A stretch of 62,934 bases of DNA, filler included, from Sphacelaria rigidula (taxonomy: Eukaryota), in the NCBI GenBank assembly GCA_964200075.2. It is 4 parts of 4 records of this genome, joined end to end, with 100 filler letters (N's around TTAATTAATTAA, not from the genome) between each part and the next. Parts side by side here need not be neighbours in the genome. Positions count along the whole stretch, not along the records: positions 1 to 15,664 come from CAXNAA020001655.1; 3 more parts are not named here. One strand, given 5' to 3'. Positions within the stretch are counted from its first letter, which is position 1. The number at the start of each line of letters is the position of its first letter. This document shows, piece by piece, positions 1-12,651 of the stretch. A program made the translations under genes and the position numbers. Below the pieces are notes generated by a model, which ran no database searches, had not been told where the DNA came from, and worked only from the letters and a program-made list of their open reading frames with translations.

Positions 1-55
1 CAATGGTCACACGAATAAGGCAAGCAACAAATGAGTACGCCCCCTCCCCCCCCCC
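1..55 (-). repeat. Dispersed ~70-80 bp module, family A (truncated at contig start)
   Basis: Reverse complement of G-run+GTACTCATTTGTTGCTTGCCTTA..CG..TGACCATTG; same module at 261-340, 472-557, 1312-1385 and 47080-47157. Confidence 0.85.
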
Positions 56-260
56 ACCCCGAAAAAAAAAGTTGTTTTGAGTCGAAATCTACATGTAAAT
101 CAAAAATGACAAAAGTCGAGCACACCGAGCAGCTGTAAGCTACCACGTTTTGGATCGTTTTTTGCCGATGTCGATGAAATGAGGCGCTTCATGCAGTCTG
201 AAACCAGAGTCACCATGCGATGTATGGCCATGTTCTTCGTGACAGTTTTGGGGCTGATTT

Positions 261-340
261 GGGGAGGGGGGGGTGTACTCATTTGTTGCTTGCCTTAGTC
301 GTTTGGCCATTGACCATGCATCCCTTTCGAGGCGGAGCAC
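261..340 (+). repeat. Dispersed module family A
   Basis: G-run followed by TGTACTCATTTGTTGCTTGCCTTAGTCGTTTGGCCATTGACCATGCATCCCTTTCGAGGCGGAGCAC. Confidence 0.9.
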
Positions 341-471
341 CGTTTCTACTCCTGATAGAGCCACCTTCGACATTCCGGCGCTCATTATGTATCTTCCATA
401 CATAACACAAAAACGTTTTACATATCTTACCCCCGTCCTGTTTCGCCGTCTCTAGCCGCCATCTGATTTTC

Positions 472-557
472 GGGGAGAGGGGGAGGGGAAGGGTACTCAT
501 TTGTTGCTTGCCTTAGCCGTTTGATCATTGACCACGCATCCCTTTCGAGTCGGAGCA
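472..557 (+). repeat. Dispersed module family A
   Basis: G-rich run then GTACTCATTTGTTGCTTGCCTTAGCCGTTTGATCATTGACCACGCATCCCTTTCGAGTCGGAGCA. Confidence 0.9.
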
Positions 558-1311
558 TGTTCCTACTATAATAGGCTAATTTGGTGGGGGAGGGGGGCTG
601 TCGCGATACCACTCGGGGCTACATGACTCCAGTACAGTGCAGCACCCACCGTATCACCATATATTTTGCTGTGAAGTGTTGGAGTAACACAACACCTTAC
701 CGGCGTAGCCGTGGCTGTCTACTACTGTGCCACGCAAGTAAGGCTCAGGCGACGACACTGACGCGATCGACTCTGGAATCCGCGACCGATACGTGGAAAC
801 GACAAGCGAATGTATACATGCCGATACAGTTTCTCCAGGAGCTGGGCCTCTCGTATCTCGAGTAAAAAAAAACAAAGGAGAGGCCTATTCTCTCTCGTAC
901 CTTTGCAACCCCTTTCCGGGCGCATTTCAATCTCTCCGGCGCGCCAGATGTGCCCTCCCCCCCCCAAAAAAAAATCCAATCCTAGACCGACGATCATTTG
1001 AGAAAAAAATACGAAACGCACAACCGTTCCAGTCAAAGCTACATATGAGTCCGGCATTGGAAACCATGGAATATGCGGCATGCATGTCGTCATTGGAGGT
1101 GATGCTCACTACCAGAGAGGCGCTGCTCAGCTGTAGGGTCGGGGACCATCGACGTTGAAAGTCACCCGGTTAAACTGTTCCGAAAAGAGGTCGGGCGCCC
1201 GAAGGGATCGAGTGTATTGTTTGCTTCACGTCGCATCGGTTTCGCCCGCATTCCTATCAGTAGAATGTGCGAAATCAATAGATGGGGTGTCATTTCCCCC
1301 CCTTCCTCCCT

Positions 1312-1385
1312 CCTCCGTCTCGAAAGGGATGCGTGGTCAATGGTCAAACGACTGAGGCAAGTCACACACGAGTACGCTCCCCCCT
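1312..1385 (-). repeat. Dispersed module family A
   Basis: CTCCGTCTCGAAAGGGATGCGTGGTCAATGGTCAAACGACTGAGGCAAG...GAGTACGC+C-run, the reverse complement of the family A consensus. Confidence 0.85.
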
Positions 1386-1871
1386 TACTTGCCCCGTTGA
1401 GCAGCGAGCATCGGTTTTATGCACGTGGTGAAAAAGACACGAGAACCGTGGCGGTATCATTATTCTCTGTAGGGGTTGCAGACACACGAACACCGCGGCA
1501 GGGTGAAATAGTAAAAGGGTAACAACAAGCACTCATCCCCGCTGTAAACAAGCAAAGACCCATCGACGCAAAAAACACAAGCGCGTGTCGCTCTTGTACT
1601 TGCACACAGATCGAGATAACTACAAGAGGGCACTTCCAGCCTCTTCTAGTCCAAGGTTGGTCGCTCTCATCAACAGTGGGCAAGACACGGGCTTAGTTGC
1701 TTATTGGCAGATCTACTGATAGCTTTGAAATAATGGGGAGAGGGAGCCAAGCACATGGACTACAATACTTGAGTATCTTCGCGATACCGAACAACACAAA
1801 TGAATCAACGAAGAGATGAATGAACAACATCACCCCCAGTAACAACGGACACATACATACACGGCGCATAC

Positions 1872-4800
1872 CTGCAACGTATCCCCACCCTCTTCAATCT
1901 GGAGCTGGTTGCTCTTCTCGCCCCAGCACGCGCGCAAGAACAGCTTGCGGCGCTTCAGCCACCCGGCCTTTCCCTTCGAAGGCACGGACTCGCGGAAGCG
2001 CTCGAGTTTCTCACTGCTCCACCGTTTGTTGCACCGGCGCAGGCAGCAGGTAGGCTTAATCCCGTGGACCTTCTTGGTGGTCAATCGCGACCAGTCCACG
2101 ATGTCCTTCACGGGAATGTCGCCAGGATTAGTGTGTGTGGCGTATTGACCGCTTGGGATAGGGAAGGGAGTACCATCGTTGCTCTTGTTTTTATTGTGGT
2201 GATGGTTGTTTTTGTGGCTATTGCTTTTGTTTTTGCCGACGCTGTTGCTGCTGCTGTTGTTGTTGTTGTTGTTGCTGCTGCTGCTGCTGCTGCTGTGGTT
2301 ATGTTGAATGCTCTTGTTGTCGTTGCCGTTACTGCTGTCGTTATCGTTGCCGTTATTGTCGTTGCCGTTATTGTTGTCGTTGCCGCTATTATTGCTGGTG
2401 GGGCTGCAACGTTCATGGTTGTGGCTAACGTTGTTGTGGTTGTCGTTGATGTTGTGGTGGTGGTGGTGGTGGTGGTTGTTATTTCCGTTGCTGTTGCTGC
2501 TGTTGTTGCTGCTGTTGCTGCTGCTGCTGCTGTCGTCGTTGTTGTTTTTGACTTCGCTGTGGTTGCCGCCGTCTATACCGGTGACGATATTGGAGGTCGT
2601 GCTAGCCTGGCTGGCGCTGCTGCTGCTGCTGCAATGGCTGGTGATGCTGTTACCCTTGACCGGCAGCGGGCCTGCCGTCTTCCTTTTCTTCCTGAGCGGT
2701 CTCGTTTTGCTGCTGTTCTCGTCGGCAGCAGTGAGCGGGGCGTCTCCGTTCGTCCCTTTCCTTAGCGGTCTTGTTCTACTGCTGTAGCCTATGCCACTGG
2801 CCGCAGGCGGACCGTCGTCACTCCTTCCCCTCTTTAACGGTCTCGTTCTACTGCTATTGCCGCTGTTCTTGCTGTCATCGATTATCGGTGGATGGCACAT
2901 GCCGGGACAAACGGCAAGGAAAACAATGACTAGGTCAAAAACAGAACAAAACGTAAAGGGAAAAAACGATGCCATCACTAGCCGGTCGGCACGTGAGGCA
3001 GAAACAGCACGAAGGAAACAGAAACGCCGACGATAATTGCGGGGACGCATCGAAGTATCACACGAACACAAGCCGACGAAGTCCTCCCCCCCCCCCCCGA
3101 CCCACTCTTGCATTTGATGCAAAACTGACTGGATAACAAGTCGGCAACATATTTTTTCCTTCAAACCTCCAGTGACTGGTGAGCAGTGGTATTATCTTGT
3201 TCAAGTATCCGTCACACCTGATTCCTCTCTTGATGAGTTTCGGGTCCTTTTGTCCGGTCGGCCCGTCGGAGCCCACGTCCATATCCGGAAGCGCATGCTT
3301 ATTCAACCCTTTCACCACCGTAGGTTCCACTTTGTGGTCCATTCGTCTGCTTGCCGCCGCCGGTGACGCCTTATGGCAGTCCCCTGTCGTGCCACCAAGC
3401 GAATGCCTGTCCGACCCTCTGACCACCGCCGGAGTGGGGACCCCGCAAACTGACGCACCGCCAACCGGCGACTTGGGACTTGGCGGCACTTGCGCGGTCG
3501 GCTTGAGACTTGCTTGAACTTGCGACACCATCTCGAGTTTTGGCTGAGCTTGCGATATTTTCTCAGTATTTCGCTGTGCTGGTGGAGTCCGATTGATATT
3601 TCGCTGTGCTGGCAGAGTTCGCTTGATATTTCGCTGTGCTGGAGGAGCCCGCTTGACTTTTGGCCGCACTGGTAAAGTCTGGGAAGTATTGGATTGCGCC
3701 TGCGGCACCATCTTCGGATTTTGCGACACTTGAGGGGGCACCACCGAAACAGGCGGTCGCGCAGAGTCCTACGGCAGGAGAACAAAATGAATGAGTGTTG
3801 GCGAAGGAGAGCGGTGTGAGGCAGCGGCGAAACGTGGTCACAATGTGGAACAAAAAAACTTGGGGGAGCTTCATGAGCAAAATCATGCAACTCTGCCGTT
3901 CCGACTCTTGCTTGACTACAGCATCGGGCCAAATGCGAACGGATGTGACTTGGATTCCATGTGCTCCTGCTTTCCGCAACCGAGACCCCGAAATGTTTGG
4001 TAAGGGTTATAGCCCTTCGGGCGCTTGGTGAGTCTGCCGATCATTTTTTTCGAAGATGACATCACGTTGATCCAACAGATGGACAAAGCTGATCGGTCGG
4101 GCGATTTCAAGAATAGATGGACTCAAGCGTTCGTACTTGTGTTCAACACACATACATAACGTCCACGTTGGAAAACAAAAGTTAGGCAACCAACGTAGCC
4201 CGTCAACCCAACGTCCTGAAACACCAGACAGAAAGCAGAAACGCCGTCATCAACACCGAAAAATATCCCCGTCGACAAAAAAAAAAGCACCCTTCTTCTA
4301 GGCGTCTCGCGGTTAGAGCGAAAAAGAAGAAAAGAAAGAAAAGGAAGGGAGCAAGAGAAACGCCAAGAGTAAACAAAGAGACGACATTTTCGACACATCA
4401 CACAAAAGAGTACAAGGCAGCAGATGACAAAACACCGAAAAAACGAGAAGCACTCGCACCTCCTTCGCCTGCGGCGGATAGTTGTGGGGGAGCGGTACTG
4501 CCTGCGACGTTGGCGCAGCAGGCATGGCTGCACAGGGGAAAACGACCTGTGCAGGAAAGATCGGCAGCCAGGGCAAAACTCCGGACGGGGAATACATGAA
4601 GGGCTGCTGGCCGGGGTTTCCTATCCACAGTGGTGCCTGATTCCCCGGTGGCACTGGCATGTGACTGAGCAACAATCCAGCACCGCCACCGACCCCTCCG
4701 CGCCATTGGTTCATCGCTTCCACTTGCTGAGCGGTGGAAGCGGGTATTTGCGCTGCTTGACTGTTAGTAACAACAGCTGGCCGTTTTCCCCCGCCGGTCG

Positions 4801-6738
4801 CCCCCCGCTTATGCCCATTTCCCACCGTCCCTACCTGCGCTTGCTGCACTTGCGGACGTTGGTGGGTGACGGACGAGGTCGCTGCCCGGCTTTCCTGTTG
4901 TTCGCCTACTGGGTCCTGCGCGGGACCCGTCGCGCATCGCTGCTCTTTTCCTCCCGAGTTTCCGCTTGGCTTGCCCACCGGTCCAGCCGACGGGCGCGCT
5001 TTTGCCTGTGCCGGATGACCGGTAGCACCTGCTAAGTTCTCGCCTGGATTGCTCACGAGCCCAGCTGCCGAGCACGCCATTGCCTGTGCCTGATAACGGG
5101 CTGCGCCCGCTACCGCCTGCTGGGCGGCCATCATCTGCGCCAGAGAGCATCCTCCTGGCGGCACCCCACCGTACACAGCGATCTGCGCTACCTTGATAGC
5201 ATTTGGTCCCACTTTCATGAGGAAGTTCATCAGGTCGGGTGGAAATTGCTCCTGTGGTACCGAGGCAAGCAATGCCGGGTTCGCTGCCGTGCGTTTTATC
5301 ATTTCGCGATGAAGCTGCTGCTGCTGCTGCTGCTGTTGCTGCTTGTTGGACGGAGGCGACTCTCCCCCAGCGGGTTTGCCGGCCGTGCGCTTGGGGAGTG
5401 AAGCTTCTTCAGAGACGGTCGAACGAGCTGAGACAGGTCCAACGGTTGGAGCTGATGGTTCCGACGACGGATAGGTAGTTGGACCTGCCCCCGGTGATTC
5501 GTCCTGGGCTGTCGCCACATTTTCAGCAGTGTTCTTCGCGCACGCAGAGAAGGTCGACGAGGCCGCTCCTTGCGTCACGACTGCGGCAGCCGCCACCGGC
5601 TGCTGCTCCTGAGTACCGCCCATGACCTCGGCTTGTACCAAGCTTTCAGTACTGTCCGTGGGAGATGAGGTGGTCCGAAGATTGGGTTGTGCCGCACGAG
5701 ACTCCTCTGGGGAAGATTTTTTTCGGGGGATGACAGCGGACATAGCCGACGACGCATTCCGAACGGGCTGCGGGGTTCCTGGCGAATGAGAAGGCGCCTG
5801 CACCGGAGTAGTCGCGCGGATAGTGCTAGTGGGCGCTGGAGCAGTGGGCGTCTGAGTACTTCTGCCGGTACTAGTAGCCGCCGCCGAAGCAGTAGTATGC
5901 GCCGATGTGCCCGCGCCGACGGCAGTATCGGGTACTGGAGAAGTACCGGTTGGATCGTGCTGTTTTGACGACTGCGCAGTCGCAGTCCCTTCTTCAGTAT
6001 GCACCTGAGTACTTGCGCCGCGCACAGTAGCAGCTACTGGGGCACTATTTTTCGGGGCATGCTGGTCGGACAACCGGGCGGCGGCGGTCGGGTGCAGCGT
6101 CAGCAACTGGTGGGTATACCGGGGACTTGGCGGTGCGGCGGAAGGGGGTTTCTTCGTCAACAGCTGGTGGGTGTAAGGGGCACCAGGTGGCTTGCTGCCT
6201 GTTGCAGGAGAAGGAGCCACAACCGCGTCCGGCGGTGCTACAGGGCCAGGAGCTGGCTTTGACGTGGAGGAAGAACGTGCGATTGCAGCGGTAAAAATAG
6301 CCTTGCGCGGAGGAAGAGCGTAGCGGACCGCCTGCACAGCAGCAGTAGCAGCAGCGTAGAGGTGAGGTACCGGAGGGACGGGGACGGGGCGTGCTTTTCA
6401 CTCATGATTTCTCGTTGCATGAATGCCGCTGTATTTCTTATATACGTGTGCAGAAGATGCGAAACGCCCAACAGAGCGGGTGCTGCGAGGAATAGGACGG
6501 GGAGACGCACATGGAGGCTGCAGTGTACCACAGCACTGCACGGTACGGTGGGTGGCTCGTCAAACAATGTTACTACAATTCGCTGTAACCCATGTTTGTG
6601 TAGGACTCCGTGAAGCAGTATACTACAGTCCGTATTGTAGGGTGCGTAACCGCCAGCCCCCGTACCCCACACGCCATAAAGCAGTACTCTCACCGGCGCT
6701 GGAGTACCATCTTCTTTTTCCTCGTCTTGATAGCCCAT
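1872..6738 (-). CDS. Spliced gene for a large low-complexity/disordered protein (at least 1156 aa) with a C-terminal Cys-containing segment; last exon uncertain
   Basis: Exons 6738-6694, 6331-4460, 3768-3218 and 2871-1872. All introns are GT..AG with matching phases (0,0,2), an in-frame TAG lies upstream of the ATG, and a GTATGC donor follows 1872. Merges track ORFs 4313..6337, 3058..3744 and 1830..3164. Contains polyQ, poly N/S/H and 10-aa PAQRN repeats. Confidence 0.75.
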
Positions 6739-7051
6739 CTGCCTCTCTTGCTGTTGTCGTTGTTTCGGCTAATTCTGGTGGTGTAGACCACTGCTTTCAC
6801 CCAGCACTTGGAACACCGACAGCACGCCGTACAGCACAAGCAGACAGTATAACAGTACACCCCGTCGCGATTTTTCAAAGTCAGCCACTATGTCCCTTGT
6901 CTTGTCGTCCGTTTCGGCCGACAGGCAATTATGACAGGGGTGTCCGATACAGATACTACAACGCGAAGACCACAGGAGGAAGCTGCAATGATCCACCCAA
7001 AAACACTAGGGGCCGGTGCCGATTCTCTCCCCTGTTCCCCTTGCTAAGTTT

Positions 7052-8554
7052 ATGAAGGGATGTACAGACCCGAGGCACCATCCAGTCACCAATACTTCTC
7101 GCCTACTATCTCGTTTCTCTTCGAAGCAGTGTCCACCATCATCACCGTCGCCAAGGTTTTCACCAGTAAGACCCGCTGCCGATTTATTGAGAGATGACAT
7201 TATAACCCTTAAAAACATATCATACTTTTGACTCGTAAATAATGGCCCGCGTCGGGATGTACGCTGGACTAGAAAAGAAAAGAAAAAAAAGCCCATCATT
7301 GAACTAACACGGCGCAGCTGGCACAATGCTGTGCGCCCCACTCCGTTACCGCCTCTTAAATCACGAACAAGTCTCCATATAGAAAAAAACTGCAACAGAC
7401 ACAGACGACAGCGACGAGAGGATTCACGACACAGCACAGGATCCAAGGGTAAAATAGCAACGAAGCAAACAAACTGGTGGCACGCGATCTTTTCTTCGTT
7501 ACATGATTTCAAGACACCAGCAGAGTATGATGATCCTCCAACAGGGGAACTCAGCCGGTTTTTTCGCGGAGCTCAAACACCGCGATCATGTCCACCATCC
7601 GCCGCCATCGACTCGATCATCGCACGCAACTCAGGAAGAAGACTCGGATGACGAAGATGAATACTCGGATGTAGAAGCTACGGCAACAGACTCAGATGAA
7701 GAAGACGACACATCATCGTCCTCCGACCGTGGTGGCGCGTCGTCGGGTGTTGCCGCCGAGTCTCCTCGGAAAACTATCGATCTTCGGAGGACTGACTCGG
7801 CTAGTCTCAAGGGCCTGAGAGGCTCGGTGATACAACACCGTAATTTCGAGATGGCCACGAAGTTGGCTATCCCACGCGGACATCCTCGTTCTTCTTCGTC
7901 CGCATCAATCGAGGATAGCGAAGACGGGAGCATGCGAAGTGGCCGCAGCAACAGCATCGAGTGAGTGGATGCTTTTGGTTGTGTTCGTTCTGCGTCTGGT
8001 GTCTGAAATTAAGTTCTTTACGAATGATCAGGAGAAAGTTGCGTCGTCACTGATCCATTATGGTCGATGCTGAGTTCGTTGTTCATTGCTCCGAGAACCC
8101 TTACATGGATGACATGTCTCTTGCGTTGGCATACCGGATGAGTGCAGCCGCCCGGATACTTGCACAGGCCCGCACATGAACAAAGTTTATGGCAAAACTT
8201 GGCAAAACCACGATGTGTGCAAATAATTATGCTTACTGTCGACGCCGGGGAAACGTAAAGGCCGTGTCCTGATTCGTATGCACACGAGATACAGCCCCAT
8301 ACTGATGGAGACTCGACAGAGGCAGCGGGAATATCAATAATTACCGACACAACTGTAGTCAGGGATTGACACTCGTATAGACATTCATGTACACGCTTGT
8401 TTTTCCTTTGCTGATATATCATAATATTGTCAGCAGCATTAACGCTCTCCAGATGACCGACCTTCGGCTCTCTCGTCGATCATCGCGACACCCTACATGC
8501 ACCATAGCACACCCACGATCTTCATACTCGCCTCTGTCAAGGCCAATCGCGTGA
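7052..8554 (+). CDS. Putative spliced gene, Ser/acidic-rich hypothetical protein
   Basis: Exons 7052-7165 (donor GTAAGA), 7521-7960 (CAG acceptor, GTGAGT donor; EEDSDDEDEY tract) and 8434-8554; phases consistent (0,2); no recognisable domain. Confidence 0.5.
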
Positions 8555-10230
8555 GATAAGTAAAAACTCCATTCAAATTACCTCACATACTTCTCGTTCA
8601 TCAGTTATTTGCCGCGGCAGACAAGCTTTTCAGGCTACCACGAGGCATGTTTGTTATTATCAGTAGGCCTGTATTTTTCTTTGCCGTTCATGTCTCCGAA
8701 AACGCGGAACATGGACCCCCGCGAAAAAAAACGTCCAAGCAATTGTTTGACTGATTGCTGCCGTCTTCAACCACCTGTGGTTGCAGTTGCTCTCTTTTTT
8801 TATTTTTTGCAATTCACTTGAGGAAATAGCCCTGGGGGATGTTTGATTTTTCCGGGTCCGCACACGATTCGGAACAGTGCCGTGTGTTCCTCAAACGTGC
8901 GCCAGGGCTGTGTGACGTCATCAGGACGCACTTCTCCTCTTTTTCAAATAGGAGTCCTGTAGCATAGAATACTCTTGTCTTGTACAGTCAAGTACAGTCA
9001 GTGCACTTACAGACAACAGCACAACAGGCGGCCGGTGCCAGGAGCTCTGACAATTGAAACCCAAAAACCAAACCCACAGTTCATACAGTCATTTCGGTAC
9101 AAGTATAGAAGACCCCTCTCAACTTTCAGCCCTGCGTGCTCCGTGCGCTGATGAGCCGTTAGCACAAGACAAGCAACTCGTTTGCCTTGACAAGTTATTC
9201 ACGCTTATTACCCTCAACGAACATACGACTGACTGCATTCTAATCACCATTTCGAAGAATCCATTTTCCTGCAGACCCTCCGGATTTGACGGTTGGTCGG
9301 AGATCCCTTATTTCGGATCCATTCTTTGACACCTCTGTTTTTCTTCGTAGTCAACTGTTTTCCCACGATGATAAAACCCGCCGGAATTCCCTTGGACCCG
9401 GAAGTTGTGTTCGAGTGGGGGGGGTAAACACAAACACGACGTTGACTGATCTTCAATACCAGTAGTAGCCCAGACACAACAACTGAGCAGCCCTTCTCGC
9501 CTCCTCGCGAGGCACCACTCTCAGATCCTTACCCAAGACAAGCATTTAATCCGGCGTTTGATGTGTTGCCCAACCCCTGACGATAGTTATGACAAATCAG
9601 GTGTTTCGCCGGGGAACTGTTTTCGAAAACCTTTTTCCCTCTTACAGCACACTTGCACATAGATGAGCTCCACACTTGCACACATATGGGGTTCACCTGT
9701 GCGGGGGAGGGGTTCCCGAGGGCTTGGATTCTCCGCCACAAACAACAACTGACCAGCTTCGGAGTACAGTAAAGGCTCTGCTTTTATTCCAAGGGTGGAG
9801 CCCGTGACCGCCAGGGTAGTTCACCTTGGTCCCACGTTGACTTTCGAAATGAAATCGATGATGCGGATTCAACAAGTGACCCACTCTACCTAGCCATCGG
9901 GAGATGGAGATGGAGAAGGACGTTGAACCGCCCCCGTGAACCATCTGCCCACGTCTTCATTTTTCGAGTGAAAGTGATCCCGATTCAACAAGCAACCCGC
10001 CCTGACGGTCAAAGGTCACCCCCTGTGCTGCTCATAAAACGCGTGGCGGTCCATTTTTGAGTCTCAACGTCTGTCTGTGTATCAATCCAACCACTTCGTT
10101 CACGAACTGTCTGTGTTCGCAATTTGGAATTTGTGGATGACCTTGGGATGACTCCTGTTTCTGCGCTACGAAAAATAGTGGACTTCGAACCGCTTCGTGG
10201 TTATCGAAGTGTTGAACCAATAAATATATA

Positions 10231-10703
10231 GGCCAACTCTAATGGGAGTCGTTCAAAATTACTGTTGAAAACTGCCTTTTGGGCCCTTCTCCGTCGATAT
10301 ACGCCCGATAGAGGGCTAGGCGGACGTTGACGCCTTGAAATGACTTCCTCTACTTGTTGAGACCGTTCCAGGGCATCTCTGCATTTTCCGCTGGTCGCAC
10401 TTTTAGTTTTGGCTAAACCAGGTCAAACACGGATTTTTAGTACAAAACGATGAGGTGATGAAAAAAAAAACATTTTTTCTATCGCTTGACCGATTCTCAT
10501 TGAAAATTCGTGTTTGGCCAAAAATGAAAGTACGGTCAGCGGGAAATGCAAAGTTGCCCTGGAACGATCTTAATGAATAGAGTAAGTCATTCCAAGGCGT
10601 CGAAAATATCTGCCAAACCCTCTTTTCAGGTGTAAAACGACGAAGAAGAGCCAAAAACGTGGTTTCAAACAGGAATTTCGAACGGCTCCCGTTACAGTCC
10701 GTC
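10231..10703. mobile_element. Foldback MITE copy 1 (~475 bp, ~190-bp inverted arms)
   Basis: Starts TA|GGCCAACTCTAATGGGAGTCGTTC and ends GAACGGCTCCCGTTACAGTCCGTC; arms are imperfect reverse complements. Confidence 0.8.
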
Positions 10704-10708
10704 TTATA

Positions 10709-11183
10709 GGCCAACTCTAATGGGAGCCGTTCAAACTCCCTGTTGAAAACTGCTCCCTTTTGGGCTCTTCTCCCTCTATTTACGCTCGAACAGAGGGCTA
10801 GGCGGATGTTGACGCCTTGGAATGACTTGCTCTACTCGTTGAGACCGTTCTAGGGCAACTCTGCATTTCCCGCTGGCCGCACTTTCGTTTTTGAGCAAAT
10901 CAGGCCGAACGAGAATTTTCAGTACGAAACGGTCAGGTGATCAAAATCTCCGTCAGTATTTCGATCGCTTGACCGATTCTCAATGAAAATTCGTGTTTGG
11001 CCAAAATTGAAAGTGCGGCCAGCGGGGAATGCAAAGTTGCTCTGGAACGGCCTCAATGAGTAGAGCAAGTTATTCCAAGGCGACAACATCCACCCAGCCC
11101 TCTTCTCAGGCGTAAAACGACGGAGAAGGGTCAAAAAGGTAGTTTTAAACAAGAATTTCGAACGGCTCCCATTAGAGTCGGGT
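10709..11183. mobile_element. Foldback MITE copy 2, in tandem with copy 1
   Basis: Starts TA|GGCCAACTCTAATGGGAGCCGTTC and ends GAACGGCTCCCATTAGAGTCGG; colinear with 10231-10703. Confidence 0.8.
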
Positions 11184-11480
11184 TTTTTCACGACTGGAAC
11201 ATGAGGCAAAACTGACATCTACTAGATGCCACGGAATAGATACAAGTCAGTCAGTAGGGCAGAGGGAACGCGTGGATATCGGTGATGGTCACAAGGGCCT
11301 CCCAAACCCAACAAACTTCGTTGAGAACCTGAACCTGCCCTACGGGTAACCCCAAAAAAATAGTTTTGAAGAGGTCGGGGGGCGTGAAGTCGTTCATATG
11401 AAATTCATTGATCATGGCTTTAGGTCAGGGAAAGCACTGTTTTCGAGTTGAAGCTCACCCAAATGTTGAACCTCAAAAAC

Positions 11481-11858
11481 GGATCCAGGCTGTTCAATGG
11501 TCTTATGACTATGGCATGCATGATCACGAGTACACCCACCCTTGATTAGGAGGTGTCCGTGTTGTAAAGGGATCGGCCCATCACTCCCCGATTCATGCCT
11601 TGCATTTCGATCCCGCGGATTGGATCATGACTGTTTTCAGCACTCCCGCACCGCGTCAACTGTCATCTAACACACTAGGCCAAACATATCACTTTTTTTT
11701 TTCTAGTCACATCCTCACGCTTTCAACCGTTACGGCGAAAATCAAATAATTCCCACATTAAGGCGAGACTATCGAGTAGACACGTCTGGCGGGGATCGAA
11801 CCGGCATTTTTCCCACCCTATTGATGTGTCATTTGTACCATCGGACCACCTGGGCGTG
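11481..11858 (-). mobile_element. tRNA-derived SINE
   Basis: Minus-strand A-box-like TGGTCCGATGG (11848-11838) and B-box GGTTCGATCCCC (11802-11791); body aligns along its length with 62606-62934 (e.g. GTTGACGCGGTG.GGGAGTG); family B tail at 11481-11540. Confidence 0.8.
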
Positions 11859-12490
11859 CTGTTGCTCACGTGCTCGTGTTGCAATCGTGTTGCTCGCTGC
11901 CGTGTCGGGACGAGGTCTTGTCGGCAGTGCCACTGTCGTAGTTGAGAGTGATTTCAAACCACTTACTAACCATTTAGGTTTTGGACACCTTGAATATCGT
12001 CGACGAAGTCGACATTCAAAGTCTGCCGTCTCTAACTGGAGTGGTTGATCGCTTACTTCCTCCAAGTCTACGTAGTTGCTGTTGTTAACCCTCAGATAGC
12101 GAGAGTAGGTCATCTGTATAATCGGCGAAAATTTCACTCGAAAATGGTATGCATGGTCCAGATGAACTGACCTCGCGGTCTGAGGATTGAGGTATTATGC
12201 ACGGCACACCCCGCACAACTATTAGTGTATAATTGATGGGGCGATTTCCGGACAGGTGGGCGGCTAGGTCTTCGCATACTTGAGCACACGACAACTAGTG
12301 TACTGTACTTACTGACAATGCTGCTAGACTGTAGTTAACGTGTTTCCTTCGATATTTATCCACTACCTGTTGCTGGAGCGAATATCGAATGAAGTCAAAT
12401 AACGTTGATCTCAAAGCTGTACAGTGACGGGCGGGTACGAGTGACGTATGACAAAGTATAGACCACGCGAACAGGGCAACAGGAAATAAA

Positions 12491-12651
12491 CCCTTTAGGG
12501 ACCTGACTCCCAGAAACATGGTGTTTGCACGCAAGGGCCTTTTGGTGAATCGGCATCATTTTTACTCGGGAACGGCCGACGATGACACCGAGTATAAAAA
12601 AGACCCCTGCGTGCAAACACCATGTTTTCTGGCAGTCCGGTCCCAAAAGGA
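12491..12651. mobile_element. piggyBac-like MITE (~160 bp)
   Basis: ~50-bp TIRs CCCTTTAGGGACCTGACTCCCAGAAACATGGTGTTTGCACGCA / TGCGTGCAAACACCATGTTTTCTGGCAGTCCGGTCCCAAAAGG; flanks TAAA and TCAA resemble a decayed TTAA. Confidence 0.65.

Noticed and set aside
2064-2787. Poly-Val/Ala and poly-Leu ORFs resembling membrane proteins
   Set aside because: Antisense readings of the AAC/AGC/CAC tracts in the minus-strand exon.
8130-8230. Cys/His-rich minus-strand peptide (CHKLCSCAGLCKYPGGCTH) like a zinc finger
   Set aside because: Single irregular motif without splice support, inside a predicted intron of the plus-strand gene.
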